63,315 nucleotides of DNA from Candidatus Bathyarchaeota archaeon (GTDB lineage: Archaea > Thermoproteota > Bathyarchaeia > Bathyarchaeales > Bathycorpusculaceae): the NCBI GenBank assembly GCA_963833575.1, contig CAWHXY010000003.1, positions 1 to 63,315 of the forward strand. Direction: 5' to 3'. Within the stretch, counting starts at the first letter, position 1, and every line of letters begins with the position of its first letter. Shown here piece after piece: positions 29,450 through 38,169 of the stretch. The notes under the pieces were generated by a model. That model saw only the letters and a list, made by a program, of their open reading frames with translations, was not told the DNA's origin and did not search any database. The position numbers and the translations under genes are program-made.

Positions 29450-30313
29450 ATGAAGTACGTGTTTTTCCAAGGTTGCACAACCCCACAAAAAGAAAATGCT
29501 TACGAGCTTTCAATGAGAAAAGTAGCTTCAAAACTGGATATAGAATTAGTTGCTCTAGAAGAGCAAAACTGTTGTGGTTTCTTTGTGGAGCCAGTAGATC
29601 ACCTTAATGCCACAATAATGGCTGCAAGAGATCTCGCGTTATTTGATGCAAGCGGATTAAACGCCGTTACTCCATGCCCAGCGTGCTACGGACAACTAAA
29701 TCGGGTCAAGAAAGAGCTACTTGCAGATAAGAAATTGTACGACCAAGTAAACTGCATCCTGAAGGGAATCAACAGAAAGTTCACTGGTACATCTGAAATT
29801 AAGCACTTCATGAACGTTTTAATCGATGAAGTAGGAATGGAAAAAATTAAGGCTAGCATTGTCAAACCGCTTAACAATTTGAGAGTCGCGCCTCATTATG
29901 GCTGCCATATTTTAAAACCTTCATATGAGGTGAACACCGACAACCCTGAAGATCCACAACTACTTGACTCACTAATAGCAGTGACTGGAGCAAAAGTCGT
30001 TGATTATGGTGAGAAAAAGCTTTGTTGTGGTCAGTCTGCAGGCGGCGTCGACGAAGAATTATCTTTGAATCTCGGAAAGGCGAAACTGAAGAGCATCAAG
30101 AAGGCAGGGGCTGACGCCATGGTTACCGTATGTCCGGCTTGCCATATGCAATTTGATTTGGTTGCGGGTGCTAAGCTTCGGGATTTAGCAATTCCGGTGC
30201 TCCATTACACACAGCTGTTAGGGCTTGCTCAAGGTTTGAGTCCAAATGAACTTGGGTTGAGTGAAAACAGAGTTTCAACTGATAATATAGTAGAAATGAT
30301 AGGAGCAACCTGA
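29450..30313 (+). CDS. hdrB: heterodisulfide reductase subunit B
   Basis: two CCG domains: GC..CCG..CPAC and HYGCH..CCG..CPAC. Confidence 0.95.
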   Translation: MKYVFFQGCTTPQKENAYELSMRKVASKLDIELVALEEQNCCGFFVEPVDHLNATIMAARDLALFDASGLNAVTPCPACYGQLNRVKKELLADKKLYDQVNCILKGINRKFTGTSEIKHFMNVLIDEVGMEKIKASIVKPLNNLRVAPHYGCHILKPSYEVNTDNPEDPQLLDSLIAVTGAKVVDYGEKKLCCGQSAGGVDEELSLNLGKAKLKSIKKAGADAMVTVCPACHMQFDLVAGAKLRDLAIPVLHYTQLLGLAQGLSPNELGLSENRVSTDNIVEMIGAT

Positions 30314-30314
30314 A

Positions 30315-30767
30315 ATGACTGAGACCGAGTTGGCTTTCGAGCCTAAGATTGTTGGTTTTCTCTGCAATTGGTGCAGTTACGCCGGTGCAGACCTCGCAGG
30401 AATTAGCAGAATGCAGTACCCGACGAACGTACGAATAATCCGCGTTATGTGTAGCGGGCGGGTCGATCCAGCTTTTGTGCTTGAAGCTTTCAAAGGCGGT
30501 GCAGATGGAGTGTTGATAGCAGGATGCCATTTACCCTCTGACTGTCACTATATTTCTGGAAATTTCAAGGCACAGAGAAGAATCGCTCTTCTAAAGAAAG
30601 TTTTGGCTCAGTTTGGCTTAGAGCCTGAACGACTCAGAATAGAGTGGATTTCGGCTTCTGAAGGAGATCGATTTGCGAAGACTATTACGGAAATTACAGA
30701 ACAGATTAGGAAACTAGGTCCAAGTCCTCTAAAAAATGGCGGCGACTTAAATAAAAAGGTGAATTGA
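30315..30767 (+). CDS. mvhD: hydrogenase [2Fe-2S] subunit D
   Basis: FLCNWCSYAGAD, RVMCSGRV, GCH..DCHY. Confidence 0.96.
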   Translation: MTETELAFEPKIVGFLCNWCSYAGADLAGISRMQYPTNVRIIRVMCSGRVDPAFVLEAFKGGADGVLIAGCHLPSDCHYISGNFKAQRRIALLKKVLAQFGLEPERLRIEWISASEGDRFAKTITEITEQIRKLGPSPLKNGGDLNKKVN

Positions 30768-30769
30768 AA

Positions 30770-31753
30770 ATGAGTACACAAAAGCTCAAAGTGGCGTTTT
30801 ACTGGGCTGCGAGTTGTGGCGGATGCGAAATAGCAGTATTGGATATGAATGAAAAAATTCTTGATTTCTTGGGAATTGCTGACATTGTGTTTTGGCCAGT
30901 TGCATTGGACATTAAGTATAGAGCTGTGGAAGCGATGCCTGACAAATACATCGATGTTTGCTTTTTCAACGGTTCAATCCGTAGCGAAGAGCAAGAGCAC
31001 ATGGCCAAACTGATGAGACAGAAGTCTAAAACGCTTATAGCATTCGGTTCTTGCGCTCATGAAGGAGACATACCAGGTCTTGCTAACTTGCACACTCGGG
31101 AAGAAATCTTTGAAACAGTTTACCTAAAGAATCCATCCACATTAAATCAAACCGGTGTGGTGCCTTTAACCTCTTTTAAGGCAAAAGAGGGTAACTTAAA
31201 ACTCCCAGAACTTTATGATACCGTAAAGACCTTGGGCCAAACAGTTGATGTGGACTACTATCTGCCTGGTTGTCCTCCACCAGTTAAACTGATACTAAAA
31301 GCAGTTGATGCGATAGCGAAGAACCAATTGCCGCCCAAGGGTTCAGTCTTAGCTCCTTTGGAGTCAGTTTGTTTTGAATGTCCGCGGAAGAAAGAGAACA
31401 AGAGCATAGACAAGATTTATCGGGTTTACGAAAAAGCTCCCGAGCCGGAGAAGTGTCTGCTTGAGCAGGGAATACTCTGCATGGGTGTAGCTACCAGAAG
31501 TGGCTGTGGCGCTCAATGTTTAACTGTTGATATGCCTTGTACAGGATGCGGGGGTCCTTGTCCAAACGTGTTGGAGCAAGGAGCAGCGATGATGAGTGCA
31601 TTGGCATCTATCTTTGACTTGAACGATGAGCAGAAACATTACACTCAAGAAGACGTGGACAAGCTTATGGATCAAATCAAAGATCCACTTGGAACGTTCT
31701 ATATGTATTCGCTACCAAGCTCAATCTTAAGACGAAAGGTGACTAAAAAATGA
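30770..31753 (+). CDS. mvhG: group 3c [NiFe] hydrogenase small subunit
   Basis: SCGGC, FGSCA, LPGCPP, CLLEQG..CMG..TRSGC...CTGCGGP. Confidence 0.95.
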   Translation: MSTQKLKVAFYWAASCGGCEIAVLDMNEKILDFLGIADIVFWPVALDIKYRAVEAMPDKYIDVCFFNGSIRSEEQEHMAKLMRQKSKTLIAFGSCAHEGDIPGLANLHTREEIFETVYLKNPSTLNQTGVVPLTSFKAKEGNLKLPELYDTVKTLGQTVDVDYYLPGCPPPVKLILKAVDAIAKNQLPPKGSVLAPLESVCFECPRKKENKSIDKIYRVYEKAPEPEKCLLEQGILCMGVATRSGCGAQCLTVDMPCTGCGGPCPNVLEQGAAMMSALASIFDLNDEQKHYTQEDVDKLMDQIKDPLGTFYMYSLPSSILRRKVTKK

Positions 31754-33204
31754 AGGAAATAGTGATAGACCCAATCACACGACTTGAAGGCCACGGAAAC
31801 ATCTCGATATTCCTCGACGACTCAGGAGAAGTTGAAAACGCTTACCTCAAAATCCCAGAACTTCGCGGTTTTGAACGGTTCTGTGTTGGCAGAAGAGCTG
31901 AACTTATGCCCCAACTTACGACTAGAATCTGCGGAGTCTGCCCGGTTGCACATCATTTTGCCTCAGTGAAAGCACTAGATCAGGCTTTTAACGTAGAGCC
32001 GCCGTCTGCTGCAAAGAAACTTCGAGAACTAATGAACTCTGCATATTACATTTATGATCACACATTACATTTCTACTTCCTTGGCGGCCCAGATTTCATA
32101 GTTGGTCCTGATGCTCCGCCAGAGAAACGCAATATTCTCGGTGTAATTGAAAAGGCTGGCTTAGACGTGGCAAAGGAAGTAATCAAACACCGAGCTTACG
32201 GCCAGAAAATAACTGAAATCATCGGTGGAAAGGCAACTCATCCTGTATGCGGATTACCTGGTGGCATTTCTAAGGCACTAAGCGAGGAAAATAGGAAAGA
32301 AATCGAGCGCATGGCAGAATCTTCAATCGGCTTCGCTCAATTTACACTGAAGATATTCCATGACATTGTGCTTGGAAACAGCAAATATGTTGACATGATT
32401 AAGAGTGACGCGTTCACCGAGAAAACCTATTACATGGGTATGGTTGACAGCAACAACAAGGTTAATTTTTACGACGGAAAAATCCGCGTTGTAGACCCCT
32501 TAGGTCAGGAACTCTTGAAATTTGCTGGGGGCGATTATGCGAATCAAATAGGTGAACACGTTGAGGAGTGGTCATACGCTAAATTCCCGTACCTGAAAAA
32601 GGTTGGTTGGAAAGGGTTGACAGCTGGCCTTGGAAGCGGCATTTACCGAGTGGGTCCACTGGCGCGACTGAATGCTTCTAGCGGCATGGCTACTCCGTTA
32701 GCTCAATCAGAATACGAGGTCATGTATAAGACGTTGGGCGGTAAACCTGTTCACAGTACGCTTGCTTTCCACTGGGCTAGACTGATAGAGTTACTTTATG
32801 CTGCTGAGCGGACTTTGGAGCTATCTAAGGATTCCGAGATAACAAGCACTAATTTGCGTGCAAAGCCTGGTGAACCCGGAGAGGGCGTTGGTGTGGTAGA
32901 AGCTGCAAGAGGAACTTTGTTCCATCACTACATCTTAGACAAAGATGCGTTGATTAAAGGTGTGAACATGATTGTGGCGACAACCAACAACTACCCTGCC
33001 ATCTGCATGTCTATTCGTGATGCAGCAAAAGGGCTCATTCATAAGGGTAGCTACGACCAGGGTGTGCTGAATAAGATTGAGATGGCTTTTAGGGCATACG
33101 ACCCTTGTTTTGGTTGTGCGACGCATTTTGCTGTTGGGCAGATGCCTCTTGAAATCCGTGTTTATGACTCTGATCATAAAATCGTGAATCTCATCCGGCG
33201 ATAA
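31750..33204 (+). CDS. mvhA: group 3c [NiFe] hydrogenase large subunit
   Basis: TRLEGH, RICGVC (L1) and YDPCFGCATH (L2), with a cleavable C-terminal tail. Confidence 0.96.
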   Translation: MKEIVIDPITRLEGHGNISIFLDDSGEVENAYLKIPELRGFERFCVGRRAELMPQLTTRICGVCPVAHHFASVKALDQAFNVEPPSAAKKLRELMNSAYYIYDHTLHFYFLGGPDFIVGPDAPPEKRNILGVIEKAGLDVAKEVIKHRAYGQKITEIIGGKATHPVCGLPGGISKALSEENRKEIERMAESSIGFAQFTLKIFHDIVLGNSKYVDMIKSDAFTEKTYYMGMVDSNNKVNFYDGKIRVVDPLGQELLKFAGGDYANQIGEHVEEWSYAKFPYLKKVGWKGLTAGLGSGIYRVGPLARLNASSGMATPLAQSEYEVMYKTLGGKPVHSTLAFHWARLIELLYAAERTLELSKDSEITSTNLRAKPGEPGEGVGVVEAARGTLFHHYILDKDALIKGVNMIVATTNNYPAICMSIRDAAKGLIHKGSYDQGVLNKIEMAFRAYDPCFGCATHFAVGQMPLEIRVYDSDHKIVNLIRR

Positions 33205-33232
33205 AACAAGGCAAATATGAAGTGGACAAAAA

Positions 33233-33718
33233 ATGGATGCTAAAATTAGAAGTTCCGTTCCGAGCGATTTAAAATACCTTGCGGAAGTGAATTGGGACAA
33301 ACAAACCGGTGGAAACTGTCGTTTCGGAGATTCTGTTCAAGGCTTAAAGTACACTCTAAGTTTGGATAAGCCCACGGAATTTGGCGGAAAAGGAGATTTG
33401 CCAAGTCCTTGTTCAATTTTCTTTAATGGTTTTGGTGGCTGCATTCTAACGACGTTCTTGTACGCTAAAGAACGTATGCGTCTTGAAATAAGCGACTTAA
33501 AAGTGAGTATTGAGGCGGAAGTTAAATCATCTATGGTCGGTGGATACTCCTTAGATAATGTTAATGCAATAATTTACGTTACAACAAATAGCGAATTGAA
33601 CAAGGAGAAGGCTATTCGCTGCGGAAACTTTGTCAAGTCATACAGTTTCGCGATACGGGCCTTGCAAGCAGGGACAAAAATAGAATTGAAAACAGAAGTA
33701 ACAATCAAGCCCGACTGA
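33233..33718 (+). CDS. OsmC/Ohr-family protein
   Basis: DKPTEFGGKG..PSP...FGGC; the usual second Cys position reads Ser (VKSYSF). Confidence 0.85.
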   Translation: MDAKIRSSVPSDLKYLAEVNWDKQTGGNCRFGDSVQGLKYTLSLDKPTEFGGKGDLPSPCSIFFNGFGGCILTTFLYAKERMRLEISDLKVSIEAEVKSSMVGGYSLDNVNAIIYVTTNSELNKEKAIRCGNFVKSYSFAIRALQAGTKIELKTEVTIKPD

Positions 33719-33729
33719 AGAGAATAATT

Positions 33730-35388
33730 ATGGAGTTAGTAATTGGCCTAGATATAGGAACCAGCGGCGTTCGGCTGCAAGCTCTGGATGCCGACACCAA
33801 GAAAATAATATCGACAGCCATATCTCTGCATAATCCTCTTCCTGGAAGTAATGTTATTGACCATCTGCACTTTGCAGTCAAAGCAGGATCAGAGGTAGCT
33901 CAAGGCATCATTACAGATACCATAAATACTTTGCTAAACTCTTTGGAAATTGATCTTAAAGCTGTAAAACGCATGGCTCTATGCGGGAACCCAACGCAAA
34001 TGTCAATTTTTCAAGGCATGGAAGTTCGCGATCTAGTTTTTGGCGGAGACAATATGCTTCGAAGACTTGGCGTTAAAAGGCTCGATAGAAGAGTTACTGT
34101 TATGGATGCTGGCTCCTTAGGTTTAGCCATTAATCCTGAAGCAGAAGTATTTGTTCCCCCAACTATTCAACAGCAAATTGGCGCAGACGCATTAGCAATG
34201 ATCATCAAATCAGGAATTCTTGATCAAAACAAGTCGTGCATGGTTACTGATTACGGAACAAACGCTGAAATTGGACTTAAAGTCGGAGATACACTATATA
34301 CCGGTTCATGTGCAGCGGGACCTGCCATTGAAGGTGGCGAAATAGACAAAGGCGTATTAGCTTCGCCTGGGGCGATTTCCGATGTAACAGTGCTGGAAAA
34401 TGGCAACTGGAAAATGCAAGTCCTCAACGACGACATGATTTCTCAAGACAGCTTCACTGCAAATTCTCAGACGGGCGAAGTCCAAGAGAAATTACCGAAT
34501 TATTTTGAACCTAGAGGAATAACCGGGACAGGAACCATTGCAACAATGGCTACTGGCTTTGATTCTGGGTTGCTACAACGATTACCTCCATACATAAAGA
34601 CGCCAGATCATTGTCTTCACATCAGTAAAAACCAAAACATTGTTTTCACACCAAAAGACTACTTAAACTCGACTCGTTGCTTTGCCGCTTTCAAAGCTGG
34701 ACATACAGCATTAGTTGAAAAAAGCGGAGTAGCATTCGAAGACATTAAATCTATGTACCTTTGTGGGGCAAGCGGAACATACGTGGACGCTGTGAAAGCA
34801 CAAAAAATGGGTCTAGCCTTGCCTACAGTCAGCGACATATACCAAGTTGGAAACACATCACTTGCTATGGCAAACGACTGCGCTGCAGATCCAGAATGTC
34901 TTGACAAAATGCAGGAAATGGCTGACACAATGAAACCCACATATTTTGCCTTCATCAAAGACGAAACTTTCAAGAAAGCATACATTATTGAAATGGACCA
35001 TTGGGAACATGGTTTAACGCCTGAAAAAAGAATATTTGTCGCAAAAAGATTTAGGGTTCCAAACTATCCTGAGCAAAGAACCACGGCTAAGGTGCATAAG
35101 GTAGTTATCAGAGACATAGCTGACTTTGGACCAAAGGGTTTACACATAACCGAGCATGCCGGCATTATTTTAAATGCCACTTTTGAAGGATGCACAGGAT
35201 GTGGCGTATGCGAAAAGAATTGTATGTCACAGGCACTCAAGGTTGAAGAAAACGAGGGACAACACTTGATAAGAGTATCTAGTGAGAACTGCACTGGCCA
35301 AGTTTGCAGAAAATGTGAGTCAACCTGCCCTGCAAAAGTGTTTCGATTTGACGATTTAGAGTTTGCTCCAGGGAAGAAAGCGTGGTAA
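33730..35388 (+). CDS. ramA: ATP-dependent corrinoid reductive activase (RamA-type, ASKHA + C-terminal ferredoxin)
   Basis: GLDIGTSG, NPLPGSNVIDHLHFA, IGADALAM, TDYGTNAE, AAGPAIEG, GASGTYVD; two C-terminal 4Fe-4S motifs. Confidence 0.92.
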   Translation: MELVIGLDIGTSGVRLQALDADTKKIISTAISLHNPLPGSNVIDHLHFAVKAGSEVAQGIITDTINTLLNSLEIDLKAVKRMALCGNPTQMSIFQGMEVRDLVFGGDNMLRRLGVKRLDRRVTVMDAGSLGLAINPEAEVFVPPTIQQQIGADALAMIIKSGILDQNKSCMVTDYGTNAEIGLKVGDTLYTGSCAAGPAIEGGEIDKGVLASPGAISDVTVLENGNWKMQVLNDDMISQDSFTANSQTGEVQEKLPNYFEPRGITGTGTIATMATGFDSGLLQRLPPYIKTPDHCLHISKNQNIVFTPKDYLNSTRCFAAFKAGHTALVEKSGVAFEDIKSMYLCGASGTYVDAVKAQKMGLALPTVSDIYQVGNTSLAMANDCAADPECLDKMQEMADTMKPTYFAFIKDETFKKAYIIEMDHWEHGLTPEKRIFVAKRFRVPNYPEQRTTAKVHKVVIRDIADFGPKGLHITEHAGIILNATFEGCTGCGVCEKNCMSQALKVEENEGQHLIRVSSENCTGQVCRKCESTCPAKVFRFDDLEFAPGKKAW

Positions 35389-35438
35389 ATGAAGTAACGA
35401 AAGATATCTTTCATTGCTAAAGTGAGGGAAAAAAGAGA

Positions 35439-35687
35439 TTGAAAGAACTTGGAAAAGTCTACGGTTTAAACGGGAAGGAAATCAACATGTGCTATGGCAT
35501 TAACATAGCCACAAGCGTAATACCATCAGACAATTCCGCAACAATGAGCGGTGTGCGACTTTTTGAGGTAACAACTGATACAACAATATGTGACGGCTGC
35601 GCTGATAAAGGAAAATGCGTAATCGATAATGCCGAGATACTCAAAAAAACGCAAAGCTACCTTATCAAAAAAAAACTTTACCCCTAA
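35439..35687 (+). CDS. small Cys-containing hypothetical protein
   Basis: 82 aa with CDGC..GKC; inside the operon. Confidence 0.6.
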   Translation: MKELGKVYGLNGKEINMCYGINIATSVIPSDNSATMSGVRLFEVTTDTTICDGCADKGKCVIDNAEILKKTQSYLIKKKLYP

Positions 35688-35737
35688 GCACACTGCAACA
35701 AACAAAAACATAGAAAAAGAAATGAGGGAAAGATGGA

Positions 35738-36646
35738 TTGACAGAAAATCAATGCGACAACACCAGCGAGTTCAAAGAACAATTTGCTCGCCAACTAGCT
35801 TCTAGACCTTCTGAGGTAAAAATTGTTTTAGATGGGCAATACAAGAAAGCATATGAACTTTTGGATGATGCCGTTTCAGCAAGATTAACCCCAATAATTA
35901 TCGGTCCACCAGGTGTGGGTAAATCGCTTTTGGCCAGAAAATTTGCATATGATACTCAGCGTCCATTTTATGAATTATTTTTTGATGAACTCATGAGTCC
36001 AAGTCATCTCATAGGGACCTTTAACCCTGCCGTTCTAGTTAGCAAAGGCTACTGTATGGAGGCGTTCGAGCCCGGGCCACTATTGCTTGCGATGGTTGGC
36101 GGCGGAGTTTTTGTTGCACAAGAACTAAACAGGGCCTCTGAGTTTTGCCAAAATAGTTTCTTAGAGCCTCTTGAAGAGAAGACGCTGTATATTCCCAGAC
36201 TTGGCAAAATTAGGGCAAACGACAACTTCGTTTTCATAGCGGTAGCCAATCCCTACGAATTCTCTGGTGCTCACAGAATCTCTGAAGCTTTAAGGGACCG
36301 TCTTCATGTTTGGATAAGCCTATCCTATCCTAACAAAGAAACTGAACTCAAAATCATTGCTGCAAACACTCCAGAAAACAAGCTTGATCCTGAGACAATG
36401 CAGAAAATTTACAACATTATTGATCAGTCAAGGCAAAGCGAAGAATTCTCAAAGCTCGTTTCTGTGAGAGCTGGGATTTCGATTGCTCGAATAGCCTCGC
36501 GTTATGCCGAGATGGATCTCCTAACCGATTCGGTCCTTGTCGATATTGCATATCAGTCTCTTCTTGGATCCGTAACTGAACGTAACACCAGATGGAATGA
36601 AAGTAAACTCAAGGATTTAATAAGGAAGAGTTTAACATGCAAGTAG
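35738..36646 (+). CDS. MoxR/CoxD-type AAA+ ATPase
   Basis: GPPGVGKS, GPLLLAM, QELNR (Walker B D>Q), ANP, SEALRDR. Confidence 0.9.
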   Translation: MTENQCDNTSEFKEQFARQLASRPSEVKIVLDGQYKKAYELLDDAVSARLTPIIIGPPGVGKSLLARKFAYDTQRPFYELFFDELMSPSHLIGTFNPAVLVSKGYCMEAFEPGPLLLAMVGGGVFVAQELNRASEFCQNSFLEPLEEKTLYIPRLGKIRANDNFVFIAVANPYEFSGAHRISEALRDRLHVWISLSYPNKETELKIIAANTPENKLDPETMQKIYNIIDQSRQSEEFSKLVSVRAGISIARIASRYAEMDLLTDSVLVDIAYQSLLGSVTERNTRWNESKLKDLIRKSLTCK

Positions 36647-36921
36647 ACATACATTCTTTAATCACGCAATTTTCCGCAGATTTTGTGGAGAGCTTTCGTG
36701 AGCTCGAGAAGGTCAAGGAAAACGCTGCTCCAAGTACCAGGCAATCCATTGCTATTGCCCGACTTCTTTTAGCAAAATACCTCAAAAAGCGTGAACTAAT
36801 CGAAGCTGACTTTGTAGATGCTGCAATTGTGACATCTTACCCCCGAGTTCAAAAAATTGCTGAAGAAATTGCCAAAGATACAATTAGAAAATTGATCAAT
36901 CATAATACATCCAATATGTGA
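36637..36921 (+). CDS. small helical protein resembling a stand-alone AAA lid
   Basis: PSTRQSIAIARLL..DFVDAAIVTS repeats in the N-terminus of the next gene. Confidence 0.75.
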   Translation: MQVDIHSLITQFSADFVESFRELEKVKENAAPSTRQSIAIARLLLAKYLKKRELIEADFVDAAIVTSYPRVQKIAEEIAKDTIRKLINHNTSNM

Positions 36922-36930
36922 GAGAAAAAA

Positions 36931-38106
36931 TTGAGCTTAAACACAATTGTTGATCCAATAAAATTTGCCGATGAATTCTGCGGGGCGATTCGCAGTTCAC
37001 CGACTGTTCCTGAGGCGTTCAAACCGAGTTCACGACAACCAATTGCGATTACAAAATTATTAATAGCAAAGCAAATGCGAAAAAAGAATACTTTGAACCA
37101 ACAAGATTACGTTGAGGCTGCAGTTGTAACATCACATTTAGAAATAAGATGTGAAGCTGAATCCTTAGCAGTTCAGACTTATAGTTACCTCGCTTGTCCG
37201 CGAGAAGAAAAGTTGAAGGAGATATTGGTTGAGCTTGTCGAAGCCGTAGCTGGTAAAGCTAGCGACGAAAAAGTTCTCAACGATTGGTTCAAAAATCGAG
37301 ATGAGTACGCCGAAGATGAAAAGAAGGCTTTGTTAGCTAGAGCAAAACAAGCTTTGGCTAGAACAGGCATGTATTATGCTCGTCACTTCATCAATAATTT
37401 CTATATTTCGGGTACCGGTCCAGAAAAGGGCTACTCAATTCGTCAGTTCAAACAAGGTAATGATGACCCTTCAGCGATTGATTTTGAGCTAACTCTGGAA
37501 AACGCCATAGCCGACGGAAAAAATCTGTGTCAGCTCTCATACGAAGACTTCCTTACAAGGGAAGTCAGACGTCAACGGAGAAATGTCTTATATCTTCAAG
37601 ATATGAGTGCCAGTTTTGATTATCGCGTACTTGTTTCCTGCGCAGTCTGCGGATCGATTCTTGTGCATGGTTTGCCAAGAGACGATCAGAGTGCTATTTC
37701 TCTTTTTTCAGATAAACTGGAAATAATCAAAAGATTTAGTGCTAAAGAAGATATGATGAAAATAACTGATCAGCTTCTATCAATGGAGTCTTCGGGAGGC
37801 ACAAATCTTCACCAAGCGATCAAATGGGCGAGAACAGAATTCAGTCAAGGGAGCCGTAATCAAGCCAACTTTTGTCTTATTTTTTCTGACATGGGCTTCG
37901 AAACAGAAGATGTCGAGTTGGCACTTGACGAAATCAATGAAATGCAAAATATGGATGTTCGAATAACCTTTCTCAGGTTTAAACCATTCGAACATTATTA
38001 CAAAGCTGGAAACAAACTGCTTGCTGATTCAGGGTGTCGAATGATTACGGTTGACAATATTTTGGATTTTCCAGAATTGATGAGCAGAATAATCAGCCCT
38101 GCTTGA
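36931..38106 (+). CDS. VWA/CoxE-like protein
   Basis: IDFELTLEN, MIDAS LQDMSAS, GGTNL, IFSD. Confidence 0.88.
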   Translation: MSLNTIVDPIKFADEFCGAIRSSPTVPEAFKPSSRQPIAITKLLIAKQMRKKNTLNQQDYVEAAVVTSHLEIRCEAESLAVQTYSYLACPREEKLKEILVELVEAVAGKASDEKVLNDWFKNRDEYAEDEKKALLARAKQALARTGMYYARHFINNFYISGTGPEKGYSIRQFKQGNDDPSAIDFELTLENAIADGKNLCQLSYEDFLTREVRRQRRNVLYLQDMSASFDYRVLVSCAVCGSILVHGLPRDDQSAISLFSDKLEIIKRFSAKEDMMKITDQLLSMESSGGTNLHQAIKWARTEFSQGSRNQANFCLIFSDMGFETEDVELALDEINEMQNMDVRITFLRFKPFEHYYKAGNKLLADSGCRMITVDNILDFPELMSRIISPA

Positions 38107-38169
38107 TTCCTAAAGTCCCATGCCTTCATGTTCAAAATATCAGAATCATAGAAAAATCAGAGAAAAGGA

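Noticed and set aside
26902-30313. Sulfur-oxidizer sHdr-LbpA cluster
   Set aside because: HdrA is the long methanogen type linked to MvhDGA, with no sHdrC1B1AHC2B2 order and no tusA/dsrE genes.
26902-33204. Selenocysteine or pyrrolysine recoding in hdrA/mvh or the methyltransferases
   Set aside because: The relevant positions are Cys and the ORFs are uninterrupted.
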